Below are positions 9,763 to 16,843 of a DNA stretch of 32,000 nucleotides, piece after piece (the stretch's first letter is position 1; each line of letters starts with the position of its first letter). The stretch comes from Halomicrobium mukohataei DSM 12286 (GTDB taxonomy: Archaea > Halobacteriota > Halobacteria > Halobacteriales > Haloarculaceae): contig NC_013202.1 in assembly GCF_000023965.1 (NCBI RefSeq), forward strand, positions 1,350,001 to 1,382,000, given 5' to 3'. Under the pieces are notes generated by a model. The model saw only the letters and a list, made by a program, of their open reading frames with translations, was not told the origin of the DNA and made no database searches. The translations under genes were made by a program, and so were the position numbers.

Positions 9763-10896
9763 ATGGATATCGCTGTCGCCTACGACAAATTCGGAAAGCG
9801 ATCCGCTTCGGGAGCACGCGTCTCGCTCCACACGTTGCTCGACGGGCTGCCTGACGCCTACTCTTTCAGTATCTACGATACGGTCCATCAGGACGAAGCG
9901 GTCCCCGACTTCGTCGACAGTAGACAGACGGTGTCCCCCAGACAGATACCGACGTTCGTTTGGACGAACCAGGTCCTCTATCGATGGCAGTGGCGAAACG
10001 GGGTGCGGGAGCGATTCGAAGCGAACGAGCACGACGTGGTGATCACACAGGGAGAAATCGCGCCAGCGACGGTACAGATCGCTGCCGAGACGGACACGCC
10101 TTCGATATTCTTTCTGAGGAGTTTGCAGGTCACCGGCACGGAGAAGTTCGATCCGCGCGACGACGCCGTCGAGAACTTTGCCCGCACCGATTTGGGCGGG
10201 CGCGTCCAGTTTCCGTTCCTCGCTCGAAACGTTCGAGCGTATCGGCGGGCCCTCGAGACGGCGGATGTCGTCGTAACCAACAGCGATTTCACCGCAGAGA
10301 GAGTACGAGAGCGGTTTGGGGTCGACAGCACGGTTATCTATCCCCCGATCACGCTATCCGACTACCGGGTCACGTCCGATCCCGACGGGAAGATCACGAT
10401 GGTGAATCCGAGATCGGCCGACAAAGGCGTCGATATCTTCCTCGACATCGCCGAACGGCTGCCCGACGAGGAGTTCCTGCTGGTCGGCACTGTCTCCCCC
10501 GACGCGGAGAAGCGCCGTGCCCAACGGCTCGACAACGTGACTCTGCACGGGTGGACTGACGACGTACGAGAGGCCTACGGGCAGTCGAAGCTCGTGGTGG
10601 TGCCGTCGAGGTACGAGGAACCGTTCGGCCGAGTGGCCGCCGAAGCGATGGTCAGCGCCATCCCCTGCGTGGTGAGCAACCGTGGCGGCCTCCCCGAAGT
10701 CGTCGGTGAGACCGGCGAGATCGTCGACGCGGTCGAGTCCGAGCGCGCCTGGATCAACGCCATCGAGCGGGCCCTGGCAACCGATCGTGGGGCGGCCCAG
10801 CGAGAGCGAGTCGAGCGGTTCGCCGCTGACAAGCAGGTCGAGAAGCTGCGCAAACTCGTCGAGCGCGCACAGTCCGGTCGTGGGACCGGAAACTGA
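9763..10896 (+). CDS. Glycosyltransferase, GT4 (GT-B fold) family
   Basis: 377 aa. The C-terminal segment VVVPSRYEEPFGRVAAEAMVSAIPCVVSNRGGLPEVV matches the E-x7-E retaining GT4 signature. Confidence 0.85.
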   Translation: MDIAVAYDKFGKRSASGARVSLHTLLDGLPDAYSFSIYDTVHQDEAVPDFVDSRQTVSPRQIPTFVWTNQVLYRWQWRNGVRERFEANEHDVVITQGEIAPATVQIAAETDTPSIFFLRSLQVTGTEKFDPRDDAVENFARTDLGGRVQFPFLARNVRAYRRALETADVVVTNSDFTAERVRERFGVDSTVIYPPITLSDYRVTSDPDGKITMVNPRSADKGVDIFLDIAERLPDEEFLLVGTVSPDAEKRRAQRLDNVTLHGWTDDVREAYGQSKLVVVPSRYEEPFGRVAAEAMVSAIPCVVSNRGGLPEVVGETGEIVDAVESERAWINAIERALATDRGAAQRERVERFAADKQVEKLRKLVERAQSGRGTGN

Positions 10897-10908
10897 GACG
10901 ACTGGCCG

Positions 10909-12354
10909 TTACTCTACGTAGCCGAGCTCTCGGAGCTGTTTCTCGACATCGCTGGACAGGTCGACATCTCGTGCGGTGTCGGAGACGCCCTCCAGTCGAT
11001 CGTTCAGAACCGTGCTCAGTTCTGCGACGATATCGCCGTGGTCGGCGGCGATGTTGTGCTGCTCGTCGGGATCCGTCCGGAGATCGTACAGGTGCTCTGT
11101 GTCGAGCTGGCGATTCCGGATGTATTTCCAGCGCTTCGACCGAACAGCGGCGACCAGCGTCTCTAGCGTCACGTCTCCTCCGAGCCCCTGCGTGTGACAC
11201 AGTTCGGCAATTGCGTAGTCGCGGTCTATCTGTCCCGTCTCATCACGAAGGGGTTCGAGCAGCGAAACGCCCCGCCATTCCGCCGGGGGGTCGACGCCGT
11301 ACCAGTCGGCGATCGTTGGCGCGATGTCGACGTGACTCCTCACTGCGTCGATGGAAGTCTCACCGGCGTACCGGCCGGAGTTGTCGTAGAGCAAAAGCGG
11401 CACTCGTATCAGCTCGTCGTACATTTTCGTCCGGTGGCCGAGCGTCCCCCGGTCGAACAGCTCTTCGCCGTGGTCCGCAGTGAACAGTACAACGCTGTCT
11501 TCGAGCAGTCCTCTGGCGTCGAGCTCGTCGACCAACCGTTTGGCCTCGCGGTCGACGTACCGTGTTGCCGCCGCGTAGAAATCCCGGAGGGCCTCGATTT
11601 CGGTCTCGGAGACAGCCTCAATCATCGAACCGTCGATAATGTCGGGCCGCGCGCGCCTGGCCTTGCGGACGACCCGTCGAATGCGTCCGACATCGTAGCG
11701 GCCGTCGTGGAACCGCTCGATATCTTCTCTGGGCGGATAGTACGGCGCGTGGGGCTCCATGTAGTGGGTCCAGACGAAGGCGTCCGCCGTCGTATCGACG
11801 TGCTGATCAACTAACGAGATGGTCGTATCGGTCACGTCTTCGGCACGGGGGTACGGACACGCTGGCGTGTCGTACACGTCTTTGAGCCCGTCGTACTGCA
11901 ATTTGAGTTCCGAGGCGATCGGGGAGAGAACCGGTGTGTTCTCTATCCCATCGACCAGCGTCGATTTCAGGCGGCGCGGAAAACTCTCGCCGGTCTGTTG
12001 GTCGTCGTCGACCCAGTCCTCGAACACCTCGAACCCACGGTCATAGTCATAAATACTGGAACAGGAAGTCTGGGCAGTGACACCAACCGTCTGGATCGAT
12101 GCATCGGAGAGAACCTCGGCGAGGGTGACGTGGTTCTCGTTCAGTCCGGCGTATCCGTGATCTAACGGGAGACTGCTCGCGTGAATACCGGGAAACGACG
12201 TTGATGTCCCGGAACCCGTCGAGATGTGCTGTGTGAACTCGATCGCATCTTCCTTGATAGAGTCGAGGAACGGGGTCGTCTGTGTCCCGTTTCTCGTGGC
12301 CGAAACGTGATCGTATCGCAACGCATCAAAAGAAATTACGAATACATTCGACAT
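10909..12354 (-). CDS. Sulfatase-fold (alkaline-phosphatase superfamily) enzyme, soluble, with a Thr-type active-site motif
   Basis: 481 aa. It has the N-terminal metal-binding segment VFVISFDALRYD, then GSGTSTSFPGIHAS, and later FTADHGEE. It is a paralog of 27273..28625, and both end in LRELGYVE / LRDLGYID. Confidence 0.85.
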   Translation of the reverse strand: MSNVFVISFDALRYDHVSATRNGTQTTPFLDSIKEDAIEFTQHISTGSGTSTSFPGIHASSLPLDHGYAGLNENHVTLAEVLSDASIQTVGVTAQTSCSSIYDYDRGFEVFEDWVDDDQQTGESFPRRLKSTLVDGIENTPVLSPIASELKLQYDGLKDVYDTPACPYPRAEDVTDTTISLVDQHVDTTADAFVWTHYMEPHAPYYPPREDIERFHDGRYDVGRIRRVVRKARRARPDIIDGSMIEAVSETEIEALRDFYAAATRYVDREAKRLVDELDARGLLEDSVVLFTADHGEELFDRGTLGHRTKMYDELIRVPLLLYDNSGRYAGETSIDAVRSHVDIAPTIADWYGVDPPAEWRGVSLLEPLRDETGQIDRDYAIAELCHTQGLGGDVTLETLVAAVRSKRWKYIRNRQLDTEHLYDLRTDPDEQHNIAADHGDIVAELSTVLNDRLEGVSDTARDVDLSSDVEKQLRELGYVE

Positions 12355-12451
12355 CTTGGACGAAGCTAGCCAAGACTCGGTAAAAAAGCACTGTGTAGTG
12401 CCGTGGGTCTCAGACGGTGGGGTTGCCTCGCGTCCCCGCCGACTTCACGAG

Positions 12452-12565
12452 CGCTCGAACAGCGCGTAGTAGAGCACGCCGGTCACGGTGCGCCCGTCAC
12501 GCAGTTCGTCTTTGCGGGCCGAATCGAGGAGTTCGTCGAGCGTCGTCGTCGCGACGCGGATCGAC
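12452..12565 (-). pseudogene. Orphan 3' fragment (last 38 codons) of a NUDIX hydrolase gene
   Basis: 114 bp align without gaps to 16848-16961 (offset 4396) with 5 mismatches. In the NUDIX frame, 3 are synonymous and 2 are conservative (A->S, E->K). Confidence 0.85.
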
Positions 12566-12688
12566 AGTGACGCCGGCCCGGGGCACCGTCAGCTCGCCCA
12601 GACGGCCGGCCGCGTCGTACCGGCCGACTTCGAAGTGGTCTCGCATTACCCGCAGTGGGACGAGCGCGTGCCTAAGGGTTGCGTTCCG
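12561..12688 (-). pseudogene. Orphan tgtA 5' fragment (start codon at 12644-12646 plus 28 codons) with a duplicated upstream/promoter region. It creates a 49-codon chimeric ORF at 12497-12646
   Basis: Copy A' of the 128-bp repeat. It joins the NUDIX fragment at a shared TCGAC (12561-12565). The chimeric ORF reads [28 protein letters not shown], then an out-of-frame DPRRDDDARRTPRFGPQRRTA*. Confidence 0.85.
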
Positions 12689-12749
12689 CGACCGAGCGGT
12701 ATCGATCTCTCGACGGTGGGTCCTCGCTGCCCCGCGCTGGGCAGTCCCG

Positions 12750-13304
12750 TCACTCCCTTTCGTCGCCGACCTGTCGCTGGATCCCCAGCCAGTGTGTCAC
12801 CGACCCGTCGGGGCCGGTGATCGGTGCGAGGGACACCCGGTTGCGAAATGGGGTCCCGTCTCGCCGGTAGTTCCGCAGTTCGACCGTGACACGCTCCCAG
12901 ATCGCCGTCGCCTCGCGGAGGTCGGCGACAGGTCCAGGCTCCGTGTCGGGACCCTGGAGAAAGCGGGGATTCTCGTCCAGTGCCTCTTCGAGCGAGTACC
13001 CCGTCAGGTCCCTGAAGCGCCGGTTCACGTACTGGATCGGGTTGTCCTGATACGCCGGCCCGGAGAGGGTGAGTCCGACGATCGCGTCGTCCAGCAGCCA
13101 GAGCCGCCAGACGAGTTCCCGAGTCCATCCCTCGACCCGCTCGCCAGCCGGCAGGACGGTCGGCGCGTCGAACGCCTCGATCCCGTCGTCAAAGGCGTCC
13201 GTTCGGGCGGCGAGGTCGTAGCGCTCGACGACCGTCGGGAACCGTCTCCGGAACGTCTCCGGGCCAGCGACGAGACAATCGGCGAGGTCGTCTCTGCGTC
13301 CCAT
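12750..13304 (-). CDS. Short LOV-type PAS domain protein lacking the adduct-forming cysteine (NCRFLQ -> NPRFLQ)
   Basis: 184 aa. Residues from about 75 to the end align by eye to phototropin LOV2. Matching segments are DNPIQYVNRRFRDLTGYSLEEALDENPRFLQGPDT…VTVELRNYRRDGTPFRNRVSLAPI…WLGIQRQ. The flavin-contacting R, Q, N, N and Q positions are kept, but Cys is Pro. Confidence 0.8.
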   Translation of the reverse strand: MGRRDDLADCLVAGPETFRRRFPTVVERYDLAARTDAFDDGIEAFDAPTVLPAGERVEGWTRELVWRLWLLDDAIVGLTLSGPAYQDNPIQYVNRRFRDLTGYSLEEALDENPRFLQGPDTEPGPVADLREATAIWERVTVELRNYRRDGTPFRNRVSLAPITGPDGSVTHWLGIQRQVGDERE

Positions 13305-13347
13305 CTCGTAGACTCGTCTTGCGGTTTCGGTGCAAAACGTCTGTCGT

Positions 13348-13590
13348 TCACTCGCCCCGAACCCGGTACCAGACCGTTTCGCCGACCGGCGACCTGCCGT
13401 CGAGGTCGAGTCGTCCCACGAACAGGTCCCGGACGGCGAACGTGACGGTCAGTTCGACGGACTCCCCGTCGTCGGCGCGGACCGTGACGACGCAGTGGCC
13501 GTCGCGTTCTTCGAGTGCCTCGATCTGCCCACGCTCCCACTGGTCGACGTGGTGGTCGGGCTCTCTGGCGTGGATGCGATCGTGGTTCAC
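13348..13590 (-). CDS. Small acidic hypothetical protein (80 aa)
   Basis: ATG start, acidic composition and GC3 bias. It overlaps the upstream ORF by 4 nt (13587-13590) and lies 43 nt upstream of the LOV gene. Confidence 0.55.
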   Translation of the reverse strand: MNHDRIHAREPDHHVDQWERGQIEALEERDGHCVVTVRADDGESVELTVTFAVRDLFVGRLDLDGRSPVGETVWYRVRGE

Positions 13591-13898
13591 GACGGGCTCC
13601 CGTCACAGCAGACGGTGTAACGAACGTCCGCGTCGACCAGGGCGGCGATCCGTTCGAGGACGGCAGTCGTCGTCTCCAGCGGGCCGAACTTGCTCACCGT
13701 CTCTCCGTCGGCTCGCAGGACGAGCGTCCACGCTGGGGCCTTCGCGGGCTCGTGACGCCGTTCGACGACGAGTGTCCGGTCGGGAAAGGCGAGTCGACAG
13801 TGGCCCTCGTCCGACACGGTCAGCGACACGCCCTCTCGGTCGCCGAACTGCTCTCGGAGCCCCACTTCGAGGTTAGCAGCGTGTTCTGGCTCGGTCAC
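13587..13898 (-). CDS. Small hypothetical protein (about 103 aa; VTEPEHAANLEVGLREQF…VRYTVCCDGSPS)
   Basis: Only the C-terminal third of the 201-aa track ORF looks like a haloarchaeal protein. A GTG at 13896-13898 is proposed as the start. The upstream part is Arg/Pro-rich and overlaps the divergent promoter and the flavoprotein gene. Confidence 0.4.
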   Translation of the reverse strand: MTEPEHAANLEVGLREQFGDREGVSLTVSDEGHCRLAFPDRTLVVERRHEPAKAPAWTLVLRADGETVSKFGPLETTTAVLERIAALVDADVRYTVCCDGSPS

Positions 13899-13999
13899 AC
13901 CGGCCGTAGCGCCTCTCGACCGATACGTGTTTCGCGGTTCGACTCGCGAGCGCGCACGCGCGCGAAAGCCGTAAGCGTCCAGAGCCCCTTCGTCTCGGT

Positions 14000-15796
14000 G
14001 TGAGCAACCCAGACACTGCCGACAGCGAGGAAACGTCTGTGCCCGGATACGAGCGAGTCGACGTCTCGGTACTCGTCGTTGGAGCGGGCGCTGCCGGCGC
14101 TCGTACGGCGATCGAACTCGCCGAGCGCGGCGTCGACGACGTGCTGGTGCTGGGCAAACGGAGCCACGGCGACGCGCACACGACGTGGGCACGCGGCGGT
14201 ATCAACGGCGCGCTGGGGACCCACGATCCGGATGACTCGTGGGCGATCCACGCCGCCGACACCCTCAACGAGGGCCACTTCGTCAACGACCCACAGAAGG
14301 TCGAGACGGTGACCAGACAGATGCCCGACCGCCTCAGGGAACTCGACGACTGGGGAATGGACTTCTCCCGGACGGAAGGCGGCGAGATCGACCAGCGATT
14401 CTTCGGTGCCCAGTCGTTCCGTCGAACGGCGTTCGCGGGCGATCACACCGGCGAGTCGATGCTGGAGACGCTCGTCGACCGGGCACAGGAGCTGTCGGTG
14501 CCGTACCGCGAGAACGTGATGATCACCAAGCTGCTGTCGGACGGTGACCAGTGCTACGGCGCGGTTGGGTTCGACATGGACTCCGGCGAGTTCGTGCTCG
14601 TCAACGCGGGGACGGTCGTGCTAGCGGCCGGTGGCTACGCCGCGGCCTACAACCGCCATACGTCTCGCGACGACGAGAACAACGGCGACGGTCCGGCACT
14701 GGCCTACCACGCGGGTGCCGAACTCGTGGACATGGAGTTCGTTCAGTTCCACCCGACGGGAATGGCGGTCGACGAAGACGATCCCGAGTGGGAGCCCTGG
14801 AGTGGGCGGCTCGTCACCGAGGCAGTTCGCGGCGAGGGAGGACACCTCTACAACACCGACGGCGAGCGGTTCATGGAGCGGTACTCGCCGGATCAGATGG
14901 AGCTGGACGCCCGCGACGTCGTCGCCCGAGCGATCGCACAGGAGATCGCGGAGGGGCGTGGCACCGACAACGGCGGCGTCTTCCTCGACCTCTCTCACAG
15001 AGACCGTACATTCATTCGAGAGCGTCTCCCGCGGATGTACGAGCGGTTCCAGGAACTGGGCGTCGACATGGCGACCGAACCCGTCGAAGTCGCGCCGACA
15101 GCCCACTACGGCATGGGTGGCGTCGCCGTCGACGAGCACGGGGAGACGGCCGTCGACGGACTGTTCGCGATCGGCGAGACGATGGCCGGCGTCCACGGTG
15201 CCAACCGACTCGGTGGCAACTCGCTGGCAGAGACCGTCGCGTTCGGCGTCGTTGCGGGCGAACGGATCGCCGAGCGCGTCGACGGAGCGGGGTACCTGCC
15301 CGAGGCGGTCGTCTCTGATATCGCCGACCCGCAGTTCCGTGGTCTGGCGACACTGGCCGGTCGAGACGGCGCTCACGACGTGACGGACGTGTTCACCGAA
15401 CTACAGGACCTGCTGTGGGAACACGCGGGTCTCCTGCGAACGGACACGTCGTTGCGGGCGGGCCTCGACGCACTCGACGAGGTCCGTCAGAAGGCCGCCG
15501 ACATGGACGTGGGTTCGGCGACGAGTTCGTCCTTCGAGTTCGCGATCGACATCGGGTTCATGCTGACCGCCGCCGAGGCGGTCCTGCGTGGCGCACTCGA
15601 ACGGACCGAGTCCCGGGGCGCACACTACCGGACCGACGAGACAGAGACGGATCCGGACTGGCAGTGCAACATCTACTTCGAACGCTCCGATGTCGGTGGC
15701 ATGCGGACCGAGACGCGACCGGTCGGCACGCCGAGCGACGCCGTCCAGGCGGCTCTCGACGAAGGACACGAACTGGATTACCACCAGCTCGAATGA
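14000..15796 (+). CDS. FAD-binding oxidoreductase of the succinate dehydrogenase / fumarate reductase / L-aspartate oxidase flavoprotein family
   Basis: 598 aa with a GTG start. Motifs are VLVVGAGAAGARTA (the GxGxxG dinucleotide fold), FVQFHPTG, RGEGG, PTAHYGMGG and ESRGAHYR. No Fe-S or membrane-anchor subunit genes are adjacent. Confidence 0.85.
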   Translation: MSNPDTADSEETSVPGYERVDVSVLVVGAGAAGARTAIELAERGVDDVLVLGKRSHGDAHTTWARGGINGALGTHDPDDSWAIHAADTLNEGHFVNDPQKVETVTRQMPDRLRELDDWGMDFSRTEGGEIDQRFFGAQSFRRTAFAGDHTGESMLETLVDRAQELSVPYRENVMITKLLSDGDQCYGAVGFDMDSGEFVLVNAGTVVLAAGGYAAAYNRHTSRDDENNGDGPALAYHAGAELVDMEFVQFHPTGMAVDEDDPEWEPWSGRLVTEAVRGEGGHLYNTDGERFMERYSPDQMELDARDVVARAIAQEIAEGRGTDNGGVFLDLSHRDRTFIRERLPRMYERFQELGVDMATEPVEVAPTAHYGMGGVAVDEHGETAVDGLFAIGETMAGVHGANRLGGNSLAETVAFGVVAGERIAERVDGAGYLPEAVVSDIADPQFRGLATLAGRDGAHDVTDVFTELQDLLWEHAGLLRTDTSLRAGLDALDEVRQKAADMDVGSATSSSFEFAIDIGFMLTAAEAVLRGALERTESRGAHYRTDETETDPDWQCNIYFERSDVGGMRTETRPVGTPSDAVQAALDEGHELDYHQLE

Positions 15797-15845
15797 CGCC
15801 GCTCGGGCGTCCCGAGGGGCGATCCGATCGTGTGACCGGTTGGAA

Positions 15846-16109
15846 CTACTTGCTGTCCGGCACGTCGAAGTAGCCCAGCGCGTCCAGAATTGCGCCCATT
15901 AGGAAGCTGATCACGGCGAGCACGACGACGAGGCTGGTCAGCACCGTCGAGATCGGCTCCGGGAGCGTAAACTGGAAGGCCGCGATGAACACGCACGTGA
16001 CGATCCCGACGACGAGGAGAAACGACCCCGCGCTCGGGTCCTCGCCGGTCAGGAACTCGATTCCAGAGAGCGAACGATCCGGCTGTTCGTCTGCGAGGTC
16101 GTTGCTCAT
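15846..16109 (-). CDS. Small membrane protein (87 aa, 2 predicted TM)
   Basis: Internal ATG at 16107-16109 (MSNDLADEQPDRSL…). It has an acidic N-terminus followed by two hydrophobic spans. The upstream part of the 191-aa track ORF is Arg-rich and overlaps the next gene. Confidence 0.55.
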   Translation of the reverse strand: MSNDLADEQPDRSLSGIEFLTGEDPSAGSFLLVVGIVTCVFIAAFQFTLPEPISTVLTSLVVVLAVISFLMGAILDALGYFDVPDSK

Positions 16110-16333
16110 GTCTCGGCCTCGGGTGCGGCTCGCTGGACGATCTGGACGAGATGGGAGATCCAGAGCCCGCCAGTGAAGCCGAACAGCACGGAGACGACGA
16201 CGACTTTCGTCATCAGCTCCAGTGGGGCGACTGCGGCCAGCAGGCAGAGCGTGCCAAACAGGAGCATCAATCCGTACTGGATGCGCGTCTCGGTGTCGAT
16301 CCGTGTGAGTGGTCTGGTGATTGTCGAACGCAT
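16106..16333 (-). CDS. Small membrane protein (75 aa, 2 predicted TM)
   Basis: MRSTITRPLTRIDTETRIQYGLMLLFGTLCLLAAV…. Its stop overlaps the start of 15846..16109 by 4 nt. An alternative start lies at 16378. Confidence 0.5.
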   Translation of the reverse strand: MRSTITRPLTRIDTETRIQYGLMLLFGTLCLLAAVAPLELMTKVVVVSVLFGFTGGLWISHLVQIVQRAAPEAET

Positions 16334-16396
16334 TGTATCTGTCTCGCCGCGGCTGCAGTGTCTGGTCGTCCCGTACACCGGCTCGTACTGTCAGCG

Positions 16397-16452
16397 GCCC
16401 ATCTGTGAACGAGTTCGCCACCCCGCGGTGGTGAAGACCGTCACAGATGGGC
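16397..16452. other. Strong stem-loop (12-bp perfect arms) between two small membrane-protein genes
   Basis: GCCCATCTGTGA (16397-16408) and TCACAGATGGGC (16441-16452) are perfect inverted repeats. The 32-nt spacer contains a near-palindrome, CCACCCCGCGGTGG. Confidence 0.45.
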
Positions 16453-16463
16453 TGCCGAGCGTT

Positions 16464-16694
16464 TCAGTCTCGGTACCGTTCGAGCTCCGTTTCGATCTCG
16501 CCCAGCCTGCGGTAGATGGCGAGACCGAGAATCGTCGCGGGCCACAGGCCAACGAACTGCCCGCGCTGTTTGTCTCCCCGAACGTAGTAGTAGTACAGTG
16601 CCAGCGCGACGGAGGCGATCGAGGCCAGTGCCGCCGGGCCGAGCGTCCGTTCGGCGTCACCGCCCGTCTCGACTGTTAGTTCTTCTGTGGGCAC
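16464..16694 (-). CDS. Small membrane protein (about 76 aa, 2 predicted TM)
   Basis: Only the C-terminal part of the 245-aa track ORF is plausible (VPTEELTVETGGDAERTLGPAALASIASVALALYYYYVRGDK…). The proposed start is a GTG at 16692-16694, with an AT-rich GATATATG box about 25 nt upstream. An alternative ATG lies at 16718. Confidence 0.45.
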   Translation of the reverse strand: MPTEELTVETGGDAERTLGPAALASIASVALALYYYYVRGDKQRGQFVGLWPATILGLAIYRRLGEIETELERYRD

Positions 16695-16843
16695 ACTGTT
16701 AACTAGCACCACGAACATATATCGCTTTGGTAAGAATTTCACTGAAGCGTGTTTTTTCAGCATCTCTTTGACCGCTCTGAACACTCTGAGACCGACGCCT
16801 CCGGGTGGCGCGTGGGCCGCAGACGAACGGCCGAGAGACGTCG

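Noticed and set aside
12417-13445. ORF 12417..13445 (+), 342 aa, spanning the duplication junction and antisense to the LOV gene.
   Set aside because: It is Arg/Pro/Ser-rich and runs through pseudogene fragments in antisense. The LOV frame on the opposite strand explains the open reading.
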